A DNA stretch of 64,000 nucleotides, filler included, from Stramenopiles sp. TOSAG23-6 (taxonomy: Eukaryota): NCBI GenBank assembly GCA_900128565.1. It is 5 parts of 5 records of this genome, joined end to end, with 100 filler letters (N's around TTAATTAATTAA, not from the genome) between each part and the next. Parts side by side here need not be neighbours in the genome. Positions count along the whole stretch, not along the records: positions 26,361 to 39,400 come from LT636177.1; positions 39,501 to 52,539 come from LT636178.1; 3 more parts are not named here. One strand, given 5' to 3'. The position numbers were made by a program, and so were the translations under genes. Shown here piece after piece: positions 35,478 to 47,685 of this stretch. Position 1 is the stretch's first letter; every line of letters starts with the position of its first letter. The notes under the pieces are model-generated. The model made no database searches. It had not been told where the DNA came from and was given only the letters and a program-made list of their open reading frames with translations.

Positions 35478-35645
35478 CTTTTTTGTATTGGTGTGTAGCG
35501 CTGACTCAAATTTGAGTTGTGTACGTCCAAACTTTTTGTTTGGATTTTATATATTTTTTTCACAAACTATAAACTTTATTCTTCTTCTTGCATGAAATTT
35601 ATAAAAATGAAATTAAAGACGTATTGTTAGAATATACAATCATCG

Positions 35646-37013
35646 CTAATCTTCATGAACTGAAGCGGAAATGAACTGACTATGAAGCGTCTCTCTTTCA
35701 CGTAGTATATTTTTACACGTTCTCATATGTTTTTTTAATTCAACGACATCTTTATATGGCATTAAGCTATACCGACTAGCCTGCCATCCATAAAACATCT
35801 TCAAAATTTGGAGTATGAAAAATGCACCAGCAATGAACGCACCCGATTGATATACTGAAATAGTGGGAAATAATCCATATAATACAACGGCTGGCTTCTG
35901 TAGTTGTAGGAGTATAAGATTACTTCGCAAATCAGCAGGCAGAAAAGGTACAACAGATGGCGTTGCCATTATAAGCGCAATCAATGGAACAATGACCCAA
36001 GCCAAGAGGGCAAACAAGAATGATCGCATGCTTAATTTACCAGCAGCTCCTCTAGCTATAGCATCATCACTGAGTTTGGTACGCAACTTCATATAAAGTT
36101 CCTCCGAGTCAGATTGCATAATTTTCAAATTGCTTTGTACTTTTTGCTTAATTTCCTGATCAATGCCATCACATAACTTCCCGATATCATTAAGTTTAGA
36201 AAGTTCGGAAGATGTATCATTATTTGGAAGGAAAATAGTTGGAACTTCCCATCCATGTGTATTTTTTACACGAATAGCAAGTCTCTGAGTAACTTGAGCT
36301 GATAACTTGATCACATCTGAGATCTTTTCACAAGTGTCAATTTTTGTTAAATAATATCTCATTTTCTCGGAGTGGCGCACATTAAGCTTTTCTACAACTT
36401 CCATAGTACGAGGGGAGAGTGCCTGCCCTATTGGGTCAAGGAAAACGAAAATTAGGTCTACATGGTCAGCTAAATATACCATGGCTTCATTGACGTCGAA
36501 CGAATAGGAGACACCACCACCAACGAGACCTGGAGTATCCATAAAATCCACCATAGGGAAATTTCTTGAGTTCGATACGGATGTAATGGTAGTGAAATTC
36601 TCTATCAGTCCTGGGAACTGAGAAATACCACGAATATGAGGGAAATACTTCAAGCTGCCCTCACCTTTAATGGGTGCAGAAGAGCGCTTTCCATATGTCA
36701 CCATCGAGAAACCTTTACTCTCGATGGCCACACCAGTATTACGAACGTTTTCATCAACATACCAGTTTACAAACGATGATTTTCCTGCAGAGTGGTTTCC
36801 AATAATCATGACTGTGACTTTGTTTCTTGGACGAAGTTTAGTCAACCCAAGGCTCGCAGCAACATCTTCAAGGCCACCTTCTTTTTGGTAAGCAACTTTT
36901 ACGTCTCCAAGAATCTTTTCGGTGAGAGACTGGGCAGCTTCTTCGTACGTATTAGCCTGCTCGCGGGACTTGTTCTTGCCATTGGATCTCGTTGATGATC
37001 TAGTTTTTGGCAT
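35646..37013 (-). CDS. Dynamin/EHD-superfamily P-loop NTPase with C-terminal transmembrane helices
   Basis: GNHSAGKSSFVN, DTPG, TKID. Confidence 0.75.
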   Translation of the reverse strand: MPKTRSSTRSNGKNKSREQANTYEEAAQSLTEKILGDVKVAYQKEGGLEDVAASLGLTKLRPRNKVTVMIIGNHSAGKSSFVNWYVDENVRNTGVAIESKGFSMVTYGKRSSAPIKGEGSLKYFPHIRGISQFPGLIENFTTITSVSNSRNFPMVDFMDTPGLVGGGVSYSFDVNEAMVYLADHVDLIFVFLDPIGQALSPRTMEVVEKLNVRHSEKMRYYLTKIDTCEKISDVIKLSAQVTQRLAIRVKNTHGWEVPTIFLPNNDTSSELSKLNDIGKLCDGIDQEIKQKVQSNLKIMQSDSEELYMKLRTKLSDDAIARGAAGKLSMRSFLFALLAWVIVPLIALIMATPSVVPFLPADLRSNLILLQLQKPAVVLYGLFPTISVYQSGAFIAGAFFILQILKMFYGWQASRYSLMPYKDVVELKKHMRTCKNILRERETLHSQFISASVHED

Positions 37014-37429
37014 TTTAAGACACTAAAGGTATTGTAAAAGACTTGTGTGAATGACGAGTGAGAGACCTGGTGGTGTGACCTGGTCGTGAACATTGACATG
37101 ACATGATTGGATTGATGTGGCTAGGGTTAGGGTATATTTTCCCGTTTGCAATTTTTTTTTTTATAAAATTGCAAATTGTTGACACAAAATGTCATGCCAA
37201 TTAATTGAAGATTGAAGCTGTGGCTCACGTACAGCTATCTATGTCCATTGTTTTAATAAAATTTTGATATATTCTATTGAAGCCAACCCATGAAGGCGTG
37301 TAACGTTTGTTTTGTTCCTGGTGTCAAAAAGGTTACTTTATTATAGTCAAATAAAACAACTCTTGAAGCATCTTTAGCTGAAACACGTCGAATTGAAAGT
37401 GAAATTAATACAACTCAAAAAAAATAAGC

Positions 37430-37639
37430 ATGTCTTCTTCTGGAAAGCGAGGAGTAATTGCTTTAGGGTTAGCCGCTGGAGTTACATCGTTGGGAATTAT
37501 CTCACCATTGATTTACGCTTTTTTGAATGATAGAGATGCTGGTGAACTTCAATTAGATATGGAAAGATCGAAATGGTTTAATTTCAATAAAAGTGAGAAG
37601 AAAAAATGTCTTAGAGAAAATAAAAAGAATGAAGGATAA
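37430..37639 (+). CDS. Small single-pass membrane hypothetical protein
   Basis: 69-aa ATG ORF with one hydrophobic stretch. Confidence 0.45.
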   Translation: MSSSGKRGVIALGLAAGVTSLGIISPLIYAFLNDRDAGELQLDMERSKWFNFNKSEKKKCLRENKKNEG

Positions 37640-38169
37640 AAAAATCTTTTATGTTTTACAAAGTCTTCATGAATCAATTCTAATAAGAATGGAAACATAG
37701 CTTTCTATAGTTTTGCTAAAAACATTTCACCACCATTTCTCAACTGAGGCTCCAAAACATGATTTCATACAAAATTTTGTTTTGTACATTTGAAACAAAA
37801 CAAAAAAAGTTATTCTCGTTCGCTTGACTAAGCTACACCATCATGCTCCATTTCATATCTTGTATAATGCCATTGTAAACCACAAGTTTCAATTTCTCGT
37901 AATATCTTTTGAGACGTATAATATACATAAGGAAGTGCAGACGTAAAGCTAGCTATCGCGAATAGAGACACTTTTGTACCAGTCTTTAGAATCGAAAACA
38001 AAAAAACAATAAACACAAAACCAAGAATATGTATAAATATTAGACACTTTCATCATTAAAATAAAAAATTGTTCTCCAAGAAGGACGGTATTAATGAATA
38101 CCTTTTTTAAATGTTTTTTGTTTAGTTCTTATATTATAATTATAAGACACAGTTTTACTTTGGATGAGT

Positions 38170-38496
<327 letters not shown>

Positions 38497-38823
38497 TTAG
38501 TAAAAATATTCAAACTTTGTTATGAACTTCATGAGAGGAACAGTAGTTGAAATTTTTCGTAAGCATGTTTGTTCTCTTTTTTTCTGACCCAAAAGAACTC
38601 CCAGCACGGCGAACCACGAACTCAAACTTTTATAATTATTTCGTGTTTCTGTAGGAGCAAAAACTGAAAAAATTTGAACAATTTTTTTTTTTACGAACTT
38701 TCTTTGGATCTTTTCGGTCTTGGATCTCGATCCAGAAAATCTTGTACATTCTTTTAAGCCTGAAGTTATAACTAGATCTCTCCCGAAAGTCGAACGTTTA
38801 CTACTACAAGAATTAAGTCTATC

Positions 38824-39330
38824 ATGTGGTCAATTGCACGTAAGAGGTTCGTAACACAAAGTCGTAATTTGATCCATTCTCGGGGTCTTATCAGTTCGTC
38901 GTCTCATAAAGGTCGGCAGTGTTTCCCTGCTGCATCAGCAGCGCAAAAGGAACATCCCCAACAAGCATCGTTGGACGAGATGTTTAATAATCCAAATCTC
39001 AAAGAGCGGACTATTCCAATCCAACTGCGGCAATCAGGAGATGGTCCTACGGGGGCAGTTGACGAAGCAGGTATGCATGGCAAAGGATTGCGACTTCTCG
39101 TTGATACGCGTGTTCGAAAAGGTCCATTTTGGCATTTGTCTCAAGAACAAGGAGCGTGGTGCTACCAAATATACAATAAAGTGTATCATCCACGTGCATA
39201 CGTTAAGCCAGAAGATGGAGGTTTATGGAAAGAATACGAAAGTTTAACTAATGATGTCACTATGTGGAACGTAGCTGTGGAACGTCAAATTGCTGTTAAA
39301 GGACCAGACGCAGAAAAATTTGTAGATTAT
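38824..39330 (+). CDS. GcvT/aminomethyltransferase family protein (DmdA-like) with transit-peptide-like N-terminus, 3' truncated
   Basis: RVRKGPF, IYNKVYHP, VTMWNVAVERQIAVKGPDA. Confidence 0.75.
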
Positions 39331-39400
39331 GTACGCTTTCATTATTAATTTCAAATTTATTTTTTTTCGTACGACATTTTGTACCTAACAAATTTCGAAT
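39331..39400 (+). mobile_element. Partial element copy at contig end
   Basis: AT|GTACG...TTTCGTACGACATTTTGTACCTAAC. Confidence 0.75.
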
Positions 39401-39500
39401 NNNNNNNNNNNNNNNNNNNNNNNNNNNNNNNNNNNNNNNNNNNNTTAATTAATTAANNNNNNNNNNNNNNNNNNNNNNNNNNNNNNNNNNNNNNNNNNNN
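39401..39500. other. Artificial contig linker
   Basis: N-run with TTAATTAATTAA. Confidence 0.95.
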
Positions 39501-39656
39501 TGTGGAGTTTGCTTTCCAATCAACATGATTGTTTTGAACAAGCCATTCTTCACGCCCAACCTCTGATTTATTTTGTGAGCGGAGTGTTAACGAAAATGCC
39601 AAAATATGATGGAGGTTAAGAGAAGCAACCAGAAAAAGGAATAACGTTGGAATCAT
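39501..39656 (-). CDS. N-terminal fragment of a probable secreted protein
   Basis: MIPTLFLFLVAS signal-like start, cut by gap. Confidence 0.4.
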
Positions 39657-39949
39657 TGTTCAGTCGTTAGAATTTTCTTGCAATTGAAAAGAAGCGGTGA
39701 GCGTGAAAACAATTGTTTCACTCCAAGAAAAAAATATCAAGAAATCAACCTCAAATAATTAGGATTTGTACGGCAACAGCCTCTACATTCTACAATGTCG
39801 CGTGAATGACGGCTAATTCAATCCTATTATATGACAGCGGAGCGTGTTGCGCGTGTCACCTTGGCCAAGCCACCACCATGGCCATGACGTCGACATGCAT
39901 TATAGGGAGGTAATTATAATTAAAACCAATCAAGAAAATATAAAGAAAA

Positions 39950-40600
39950 ATGTTAGTGGAGTCAACTCGAATGTTATCTTACGGGTCCCCTGCACCTGAT
40001 TTCAATTTGAGGGATGTCACCTCCTCAAGTTATGTGAACCGTGATTCACTCCTTGCAGGAAAAAAAGGAATGTTAGTCATCTTTCTTTGTAATCACTGTC
40101 CCTATGTGGTAAACATAGAAAAAGAGTTAGCTACCGTCACTGCTTCCTTCATGAAACAAGGTATATCAGTTGTGGGAATCAGTTCTAATGATGTGGTAGC
40201 TTGTCCCGCAGATTCACCTACCAAGATGGTTGAGAAGGCAGAGAAGGTTGGCTATGAATTCCCATATTGCTTTGACGCGGACCAATCTGTTGCTATAGCA
40301 TACTGTGCCAGCTGTGCACCTGAATTTTTCTTGTTTAACGCGGATGGGAAGTTAGTATACAATGGCCGTTTCTGTGCTTCGATGCCCAAACGGGAGAAAG
40401 ACAAAACCAGGAATTACTGGCCTTCACCTGAAACCACCGGCGATGAGCTAAAAAAAGCCGTGGAACTCCTGCTTGAGGATAAGACCATACCCCTAAACGA
40501 GCAGATAACATCAAAAGGCTGTAATATAAAATGGCTTATTGGAAAAGAGCCTGGCTATTTTATTGACAAAAGGTTTTATGTAGAGACCGCAAGGGAATAA
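39950..40600 (+). CDS. AhpC/TSA (peroxiredoxin-like) thioredoxin-fold protein
   Basis: APDFNL, CNHCPYV, ISSND..PADSP, GCNIKW. Confidence 0.88.
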   Translation: MLVESTRMLSYGSPAPDFNLRDVTSSSYVNRDSLLAGKKGMLVIFLCNHCPYVVNIEKELATVTASFMKQGISVVGISSNDVVACPADSPTKMVEKAEKVGYEFPYCFDADQSVAIAYCASCAPEFFLFNADGKLVYNGRFCASMPKREKDKTRNYWPSPETTGDELKKAVELLLEDKTIPLNEQITSKGCNIKWLIGKEPGYFIDKRFYVETARE

Positions 40601-40734
40601 TTAGCTAATACTTCTAATTTTGCTTTTCAAATATAAACGAATTTATACTCGTTTTATTACAAAGTTAACTAAATGTTCGTGTAACCAATTAAATTAACTA
40701 GGTTAACCATACCACATAAATTTGTACGTATTGT

Positions 40735-41109
40735 TTAACGCCTGAAAAACGTAGTAGCACGTTTCCCAAAGTTTTTGGAGAGCTTCAATCCTTCAGTGAA
40801 ACCTATATAGTTTCCAAGGTATCGTGCCTGACGAGAGTACCTCTCTTGGTTCTCTTGACTAAAATTGAGGGTTTTGAGTGTAGCGTGTACAAGCTTCTCG
40901 CCAATAACGGAATGAACGGCTCCTTTTAAGACACCTAAAGTACCTCCTACGACGCTACCTGTAAGATCAGTAATAATATCGGCGGTCATTTCCACTAGTT
41001 TTGTAGATTCAGTGGATTGTACGTTTTTAATGTGACAATTTTCTGGCAGTGGACACGCTTCACTTTCAACCAATACATATTGTTTTGCGAGTGAATTGTT
41101 TCTGGTCAT
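40735..41109 (-). CDS. Hypothetical protein
   Basis: 124-aa ATG ORF. Confidence 0.45.
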   Translation of the reverse strand: MTRNNSLAKQYVLVESEACPLPENCHIKNVQSTESTKLVEMTADIITDLTGSVVGGTLGVLKGAVHSVIGEKLVHATLKTLNFSQENQERYSRQARYLGNYIGFTEGLKLSKNFGKRATTFFRR

Positions 41110-41550
41110 TTGCGTTTGCGCTAAACGAAGATCTTCCGTGAAATTTTAATTCCCCACAAGAGAGTGGTATTCGCCTATATCGGGTGGAACCACCAATGAT
41201 ATTAAATTCTTAGCTGAAGAAATTGAGATTTATATTCCTGTGTAGCTTTAACGTGGGTTAAGTACAGCTACAGGTAGGTACGTGTATACACGTGTATATG
41301 ATTATGATATATTTTAATATTTGATAGTAATTTGCTAGTTTTATTCATTTGAATTCAGTCAATATATTCCGGCCGCCACGTGCCAATTAATTGGTCGTCG
41401 CTCGCACTAAACAAGGTACTTCTGATACCTATAGGTATCGATATCCTGTAAAGAGGTATCTGTACTCATCATTATAAAGACTCGCACAGCCTCCAAGATT
41501 TCCAACGAGTACTTCTGCTCAACCCATTAACAAAATCACGTTCGTAGAAA

Positions 41551-42876
41551 ATGCATGTATCACTTAATATGCGGGTTCTATTATTTGCAACATTTTTTGT
41601 ACTTTGTACAACCATGAATTCTGCAAGCCGTCTAAGGTCCGTATTGAACCGTTCTGGTAAGGTAGCTACACCCCGACTAACGGTCCCAATAGAAGTAGCA
41701 CGTGGTAGAGATGGTAGCATAAAAGCTGAGGTTGGAAGACTTCAGGAGGTTAGAAAAATGGATCATCAAGGAGCGCAGGCCTGTTGCCACTTGGCTAGGG
41801 ACAATGAGCATAAAGAAAAATGGAAAAACGGTGGGTATATTGTAATAAAAACAGTTGATCCTCGAAGAAAAGGACCAGCAAAGGAGGGACCCTTGAAATA
41901 TCTAAAAGAAGAACGTTCTTTTTTGAAGCAACTAGAAGAGTCAGAATTTTACGTAACTTGGCCTAAAACATCCGATACCATTACCGACGGTGAAGGTGAT
42001 CCAGTAGTTTTAACGGACTATATAGGGGACGACTTAGCCCAAATTTTGAACCCCAAAGAAACGGAAGGCAAAATGGAAAGAAAGTTTATATATGACATGC
42101 CCGATCAACAAAAGCAAGATGAACTTCTGGGTAAAGCTCTCCGAACGTATCTTCCACAAGTTCTTATTGGAATGCACAAAATACATCAGCAAGGATACCT
42201 TCATCGAGACTTAAAATTAGAAAATACTGCAATTTCTAATCAAGAGCGTGCTATAATCTTTGACTATGGTGTAATGGCTCGTTTAGATGATTTACATCGT
42301 ACAACATTTTCAGGTACCTTCATTAACATGCCACCCGAAGCCCAAGGTGTCCTTGAATTTCAAGAAAGGCAGAGGAAACGACTTTGTTTTTGGAATCAAC
42401 TGGGAGGTTTCCCACCTGACCATATTGCAATGTCAGAAGAAGCAACAATGTCAAACTTCAAGCATCCCCAAAGTTGGGATATTTGGTCTTTTGGTTGTAT
42501 GATATGCAGTTCATTTGGAGGCGAAGAACATGTACAAAAGATCAACTTTTCAGAGGATTTATTCAAGAAGTTTGTGAGAGAAAAATTTCCAGATACAAAT
42601 CTTACATTTTTGCAAGAAGGGACAGGGTTGAACGGATTATCAGCCGCTCTTGGAAGAATGTTTGCTTCAAATCCAGCTGACAGATCAACTGATTTGTTCA
42701 GTGAATGGATTGATAATCCAGTAAAGAGTGAACGAAATGCGAAACAATTGAGTATTCTGCCTAAAATTACCCACAAAAGTAGTTTTCATGGGACAAACCC
42801 AGAACTACACAGACCTATTAGTTCTATGGGTATCCGTGAGGGAATGGCTAGAAGTATCGGGGATATTCACAAGTGA
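41551..42876 (+). CDS. Divergent Ser/Thr protein kinase with signal-peptide-like N-terminus
   Basis: VIK, HRDLKLEN, DYG, GTFINMPPE, DIWSFGC. Confidence 0.85.
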   Translation: MHVSLNMRVLLFATFFVLCTTMNSASRLRSVLNRSGKVATPRLTVPIEVARGRDGSIKAEVGRLQEVRKMDHQGAQACCHLARDNEHKEKWKNGGYIVIKTVDPRRKGPAKEGPLKYLKEERSFLKQLEESEFYVTWPKTSDTITDGEGDPVVLTDYIGDDLAQILNPKETEGKMERKFIYDMPDQQKQDELLGKALRTYLPQVLIGMHKIHQQGYLHRDLKLENTAISNQERAIIFDYGVMARLDDLHRTTFSGTFINMPPEAQGVLEFQERQRKRLCFWNQLGGFPPDHIAMSEEATMSNFKHPQSWDIWSFGCMICSSFGGEEHVQKINFSEDLFKKFVREKFPDTNLTFLQEGTGLNGLSAALGRMFASNPADRSTDLFSEWIDNPVKSERNAKQLSILPKITHKSSFHGTNPELHRPISSMGIREGMARSIGDIHK

Positions 42877-43224
42877 TTTTGATGCAACTTTCTAAATAAA
42901 AATACAAATGCAATTTAAATTTCGATTTTGTCATCACATGACCCAACTCCGAATAAAAATTAATAATTTAAAAAATTTAAAAAAAATATTACTATTTTTT
43001 TGTAGGTATTAAAAAATTTGAAAGTTGACTGGCCAGTTTGTGTTGAAACTCTGATAGATCCTGAAGAGAAAACTTTTTTTTGTCGTTATTCGTAAACAAA
43101 CCTTTGCTCCCAAATTATCTATAAGTATTACTGCAGTTCAATATATAATTACATTTACCCTCAACTAGTACTTGATTGTATTGGTAAAATCCACTTATAG
43201 TTTTGTAAGGATTAATAACTCCAC

Positions 43225-44188
43225 TTGAGAAAGATGGAAATACGTAGTTTCTTTGCAAATTTCCGTGCAAAATTCCAAAGACAAGACGTGATAGCAATAC
43301 TATTTGGTGTTGGTATTGTCTGTTTTACATCTTGTTGTGTACATAAGGGGATAGTACGACGAATTCGAAGACGTGAGCTTGCTAAGCTGTGTCTTAGGAA
43401 GCGTAAGGAACGTGACATACGACGGATGGAATTCAAAAGGAAGTTGAATCTTTCATTTCCAAGACCGGAAGATGAAGACATTTACACTAGTATGACTGCA
43501 ACACAGCTTCTCAAAGCTTTTAAACTGAGAAAAATACGTTGTGAAGATGCAATGCGAGCATTCTGTGCTAGAGCATTACGTCTTGGAGAACTTACCAATT
43601 GTATTACGGAGGAAGATTACGAGAATGTATGATTTATTTTGTTTCAAATTCGAATTTTTTTTCGTACGAAATTTTGTACCTAACAAATTTTAGTTTTTTT
43701 TTTGGAAATATTTTTCCAAAATACATTCTAAATTGGAACACTCTGGCTTCTTACGCCAAAAAGCGACACTAATTTTACGAGATGCAGAATTACTTTTGTT
43801 AGATTCATCTTTGATGAGGAAAAAAAAATTTAAAACGTCTTTTCAAAACAATTTTCCTGAAGAGAAAAAAGATGATTCTTTTATTCATAAATCCGCTGAT
43901 TTTGATAATAGTGTTAATCAATACTTTTCACGTGAAGATTCTATGTCAGCACGAAACATGGGCGAATTAACACTATTACTTAGATTAATCGAAGAACTTG
44001 TCCATGATAGACTAAGTCTTCTTGGATTGAGCCATGGGGCATTCCTCCGATTTTCAGCTGATCTTGCAGAATTGAGGAATCCAACTCTAAGTTTGCCTTC
44101 TCGTGTAAATACGATCAAAAGAATGTTTCGCACTTATAACTTTCTTGCCATGTCACAAAGCCAACGTTGGAGAGATAAATTTGTGTAA
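43225..44188 (+). CDS. Amidase (FAAH-like) N-terminus joined across an element to a non-amidase exon
   Basis: TM helix; MTATQLL..IRCEDAMRAFCARA...TNCITE; exon 2 in frame from 43727. Confidence 0.5.
43627..43726 (+). mobile_element. Introner-like intron, GT...AT, AT repeated
   Basis: Full consensus; in-frame join YEN|SKLEH. Confidence 0.8.
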
Positions 44189-44299
44189 TAAAATGTATTG
44201 AAAAACAAAAAAACAAAAAAAGAAAAAAACAAAAATTTTTATTTACTATGTGCTATAATTTTATTGAAAAACAAAAAAAAACATTATCACTTTTTATTT

Positions 44300-46162
44300 T
44301 TATTTTGTTGGGGCGCGTGTTGCTTGAATAACATTTTCCATTAAAAGTTTAAATTCCCCTAGTTCGGTGTTTAAAATAGCACATTTTTTGTTGGACTTTT
44401 TAATTTTAATATCCAGTTCCTTGGCTCTCTTCCTCGCCACAGTAAGCCCATTATTGACTTCATCCAATTCCTCTGTGTACTGAAACAAAGTGTTTTTTAA
44501 TACTTTAATTTGTGATGAATCTTTATTTTCATTTTTCTTGTTTATTTCCGCTTCTAATGTTTTGTTTAGAATGTGTAAATTTTTGCATTTTTCTTCCAAC
44601 TGTAACAAAGTCGTTTCCAAATTTGTAATTTTGAAGTTTAAACTCATACACTTAATACGTTTCGTCTTGTTTGAAATTACAGCATTTGTTATTAGCTCTT
44701 CATATTTTAATCGCTCGTGATGCATCAATCCCATTTTATTTGATATTTCTGAAATTACTTCGCCTTGATTTTCTAAATATTCTATCGGTATGGTGTTTTT
44801 GGAGGGTGACATGTATTTTAAAATATATTTCTTTTGTGTTTGAAATTTGTTAGTTATGATACAATGTCTAAAAAATAAATATTTAGGTGAAAAATCATTT
44901 TGAAAACGTAGGGGTAGGGTTGAAAACTTACGGTGCAAACTCGAATGAAGCTGAAGTATCCCATATCTTATTATTCATTTCACTATGTGCGATTGCCTCA
45001 TCAATACCAAGACTCACCTGATTGCCAATCTTTTCTATCACATGCAACGAATTCTTTATTTGATTTACATGCTGAAAATTATCCGAAAATTCAGACCTCA
45101 CAGCAGAGCGAAGCCTTTTGACTTCAGCACGCTTTCTATCTCTTTCGTTGATTGCATCTTTATAAAACTGAACCAATATATTGTGAAAACCTATTTTTAT
45201 ATTTGAAATTTGTTAGTTATGTCATATAAAATCATGGTATAAAATTTAAATTAGGTAGAACACCAAAATGTAATTGTTGATAAAGTTAATACTCGAAAAC
45301 ATTTTTTTTTTTTTTGAAATGTTTTTGAAACAAATATTGAAATTCTTGATGAAGACGTACATCTTTGTTTTTCATCGTCGTTTTTAATGAGTAGTTTTTG
45401 TAACTCTACAAAGTGATCTTGTTTGAGCTTCAATAACCCCATTTCTAATTTGTCTTTTACCGCCCAAGATTCACGTAGTTTTTTTCGAGCTTCACTGTAA
45501 GAACCATCTTGAAGTTTCTTTGTAATTTCTAATTTCTTTTGATTAATTTTTTTAACCAATTGACCGGCGATGTCATCTGTATCTTTTAAACTTTTCTGAA
45601 TTTTATTTGCATACACGCGTAATTGATTAAATAAAGGTTTGCGTAAACTAGTATTGACATATGTCCCTAAAACACTGCTACACAGTGTAACGAACTCCTC
45701 CCAATTCACTTTACCATCGAAATCTTTATCAAACACTCGCAGCTTTTCTAGAAAAGTTTTCTTGTTTAATCCTAAACCCAATTGTTTGAACAAATTCATC
45801 ATTTCATTTTCATCAAGGAAAAATTCTACGCGCTCCAAAGATACATCTGTATTCGCATTTTGAAACAGAACGTATAGCATTTTAACATCAACTTGATTCT
45901 GTGTTAAAGTTACCAACTGATCAAAATGAATGCGTTTCTTTGGTGAAAGCACAAGGTTTGACAACGTCAAAAGTCTTGAAAGTTCTTGTTTTGTTAATAT
46001 AATATCTGATGAAGTTAAGCAATGTTCGATTTGATCTGTCGAAATGGTACCATCTTCAAATTTGTTAAAATCAAACTGTTGTTGTAGTTTTTCTAATTTG
46101 TCTGTGCTCAACGGTTGGGGTTTCAATCGGTTTTGATTCACTTCTGTATCAAAATTTTCCAT
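44300..46162 (-). CDS. EF-hand and coiled-coil protein, 3 exons
   Basis: DKDFDGKVNWEEF; three ORFs fuse after removing two elements. Confidence 0.7.
44811..44931 (-). mobile_element. Diverged introner-like intron, GT...AT
   Basis: GTAAG...AACTAAC...TAAAATAC-AT; EFAP|SPSK in frame. Confidence 0.7.
45176..45360 (-). mobile_element. Long introner-like intron, GT...AT, AT repeated
   Basis: GTACGTCTTCATC...CACAATAT-AT; KQRL|VQFY in frame. Confidence 0.75.
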
Positions 46163-46470
46163 CTGGTTGTAGTCGATCAAGAACCTTTACAAATTTTACT
46201 TAATAGATAAGTTAATGTCAAAACTTTGCGCGATAAATTACAATATATACGTGCCAGTAGCCTTCGTACGATGCATGCACATCATAGAAAATGTCTGAGG
46301 ATAGATTTTAGTAGGCAAGCTATATAGCGCTAAGCAAAAAGCTTTCAACGGTTATGGTCGGTTAGAAAAATCAGTTACAACTCGGAGTTATACACGTCAG
46401 TATCCGTAAACTTATACTTGTAGTCTCTAGTTATTACATTGATTCAAGCTTTTCAGACTACAAAATCATA

Positions 46471-47200
46471 ATGTCACAAGAAAGTTGGCAAAAGAAAGCT
46501 AGCTGGGGGAAACCAACTTGGTGGGGAGATAGTTGTTCAGTTAATGACGAAGAAAAAAAACAAAAACGAACGTCAAAAGAGACTGAAGATATAGAAACAT
46601 CAAAACTACTGGAACAAGAAGACGATGAAAAACAACGCCGAGCTATATTGGGTTTGTCGAACAAAACTTTATCATCCGTGTATGATACCAAGTGCCACCC
46701 ACCCTTAAGATACTCTGGAGGAAATAACTTAAGTTCCCGCTCTCATCAAAAAACACAAAATATGAAAAGAAACGAATCAAAGTTTTCAGAGAAGCATCCA
46801 GAGTTTCAAGATAGTTTTGAGATTAAGAAACGTCTTAAATATTCATTAGCAAAACATAAACGAACGAATAAACTTGAAGATCAGTTACTTGTAAACGAAA
46901 CTACACTATCTGGAAAGGGAGGTATAAAGAAACAAGCATTTCAGGCGGGAGGCCCAAGCATGTATGTTTTATTTTTTTTGTATGAATTTTTTTTTCGTAC
47001 GAAATTTTGTACCTAACAATTTTTTTTTCTTTTTGAAATATTTTTAAATGTACATGTATAGCTCTACGTCCACAATAACGAGGCCTTCTAGTCATTTAGG
47101 GGATCTAAAGCCCTTTAGAACAAAAAAAATGATGAAAACATTAGCAAAATGTGGCCGTTATGTGAGAGATCCTCATAGTACCTATCTTCGCAATACTTAG
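46471..47200 (+). CDS. Hypothetical protein, 2 exons
   Basis: Frame continues to TAG at 47200 after removing the element. Confidence 0.6.
46962..47055 (+). mobile_element. Introner-like intron, GT...AT (an in-frame AG 6 nt downstream is also possible)
   Basis: Full consensus core; CATGTAT at both junctions. Confidence 0.75.
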
Positions 47201-47685
47201 CAATAAGCAAACGAAAAACATTTAAATTCGGCAATCTCAAATCTCCAATTTACCAAAACTCTAAAACCAGTATTCATTTTTCGATTTATATCGTATGGGC
47301 GCGTATGGGTCTTTTGCAATTCAATTTTTTTTCGTGTGTTGATAAAATGAATAAAAATTTATATATTGACAATATCATGTATGTAGTATAATGTAAATTT
47401 TTCCTTTAACAAAAAAATACTATTTTAACCTATCAAACACTATATCTCTCTCAATATAACTAGATATCGTAAAAGTTAACATTTATTATACACAAAAAGA
47501 AGGGGTTTGTTGTTTTAATGTACAAACATAAGGAACTATACTCGTTTTTAAATTGAATAGGTGCCACAAGTCAACTACAACATTCCGTATTTATCAAAAA
47601 TTCAAGTCTTTAACTGTGCATCTTGCAAACAACTATGGTATACACATAGATCCCATTGAATCCCATCTAAGCGCACAATAATAAT

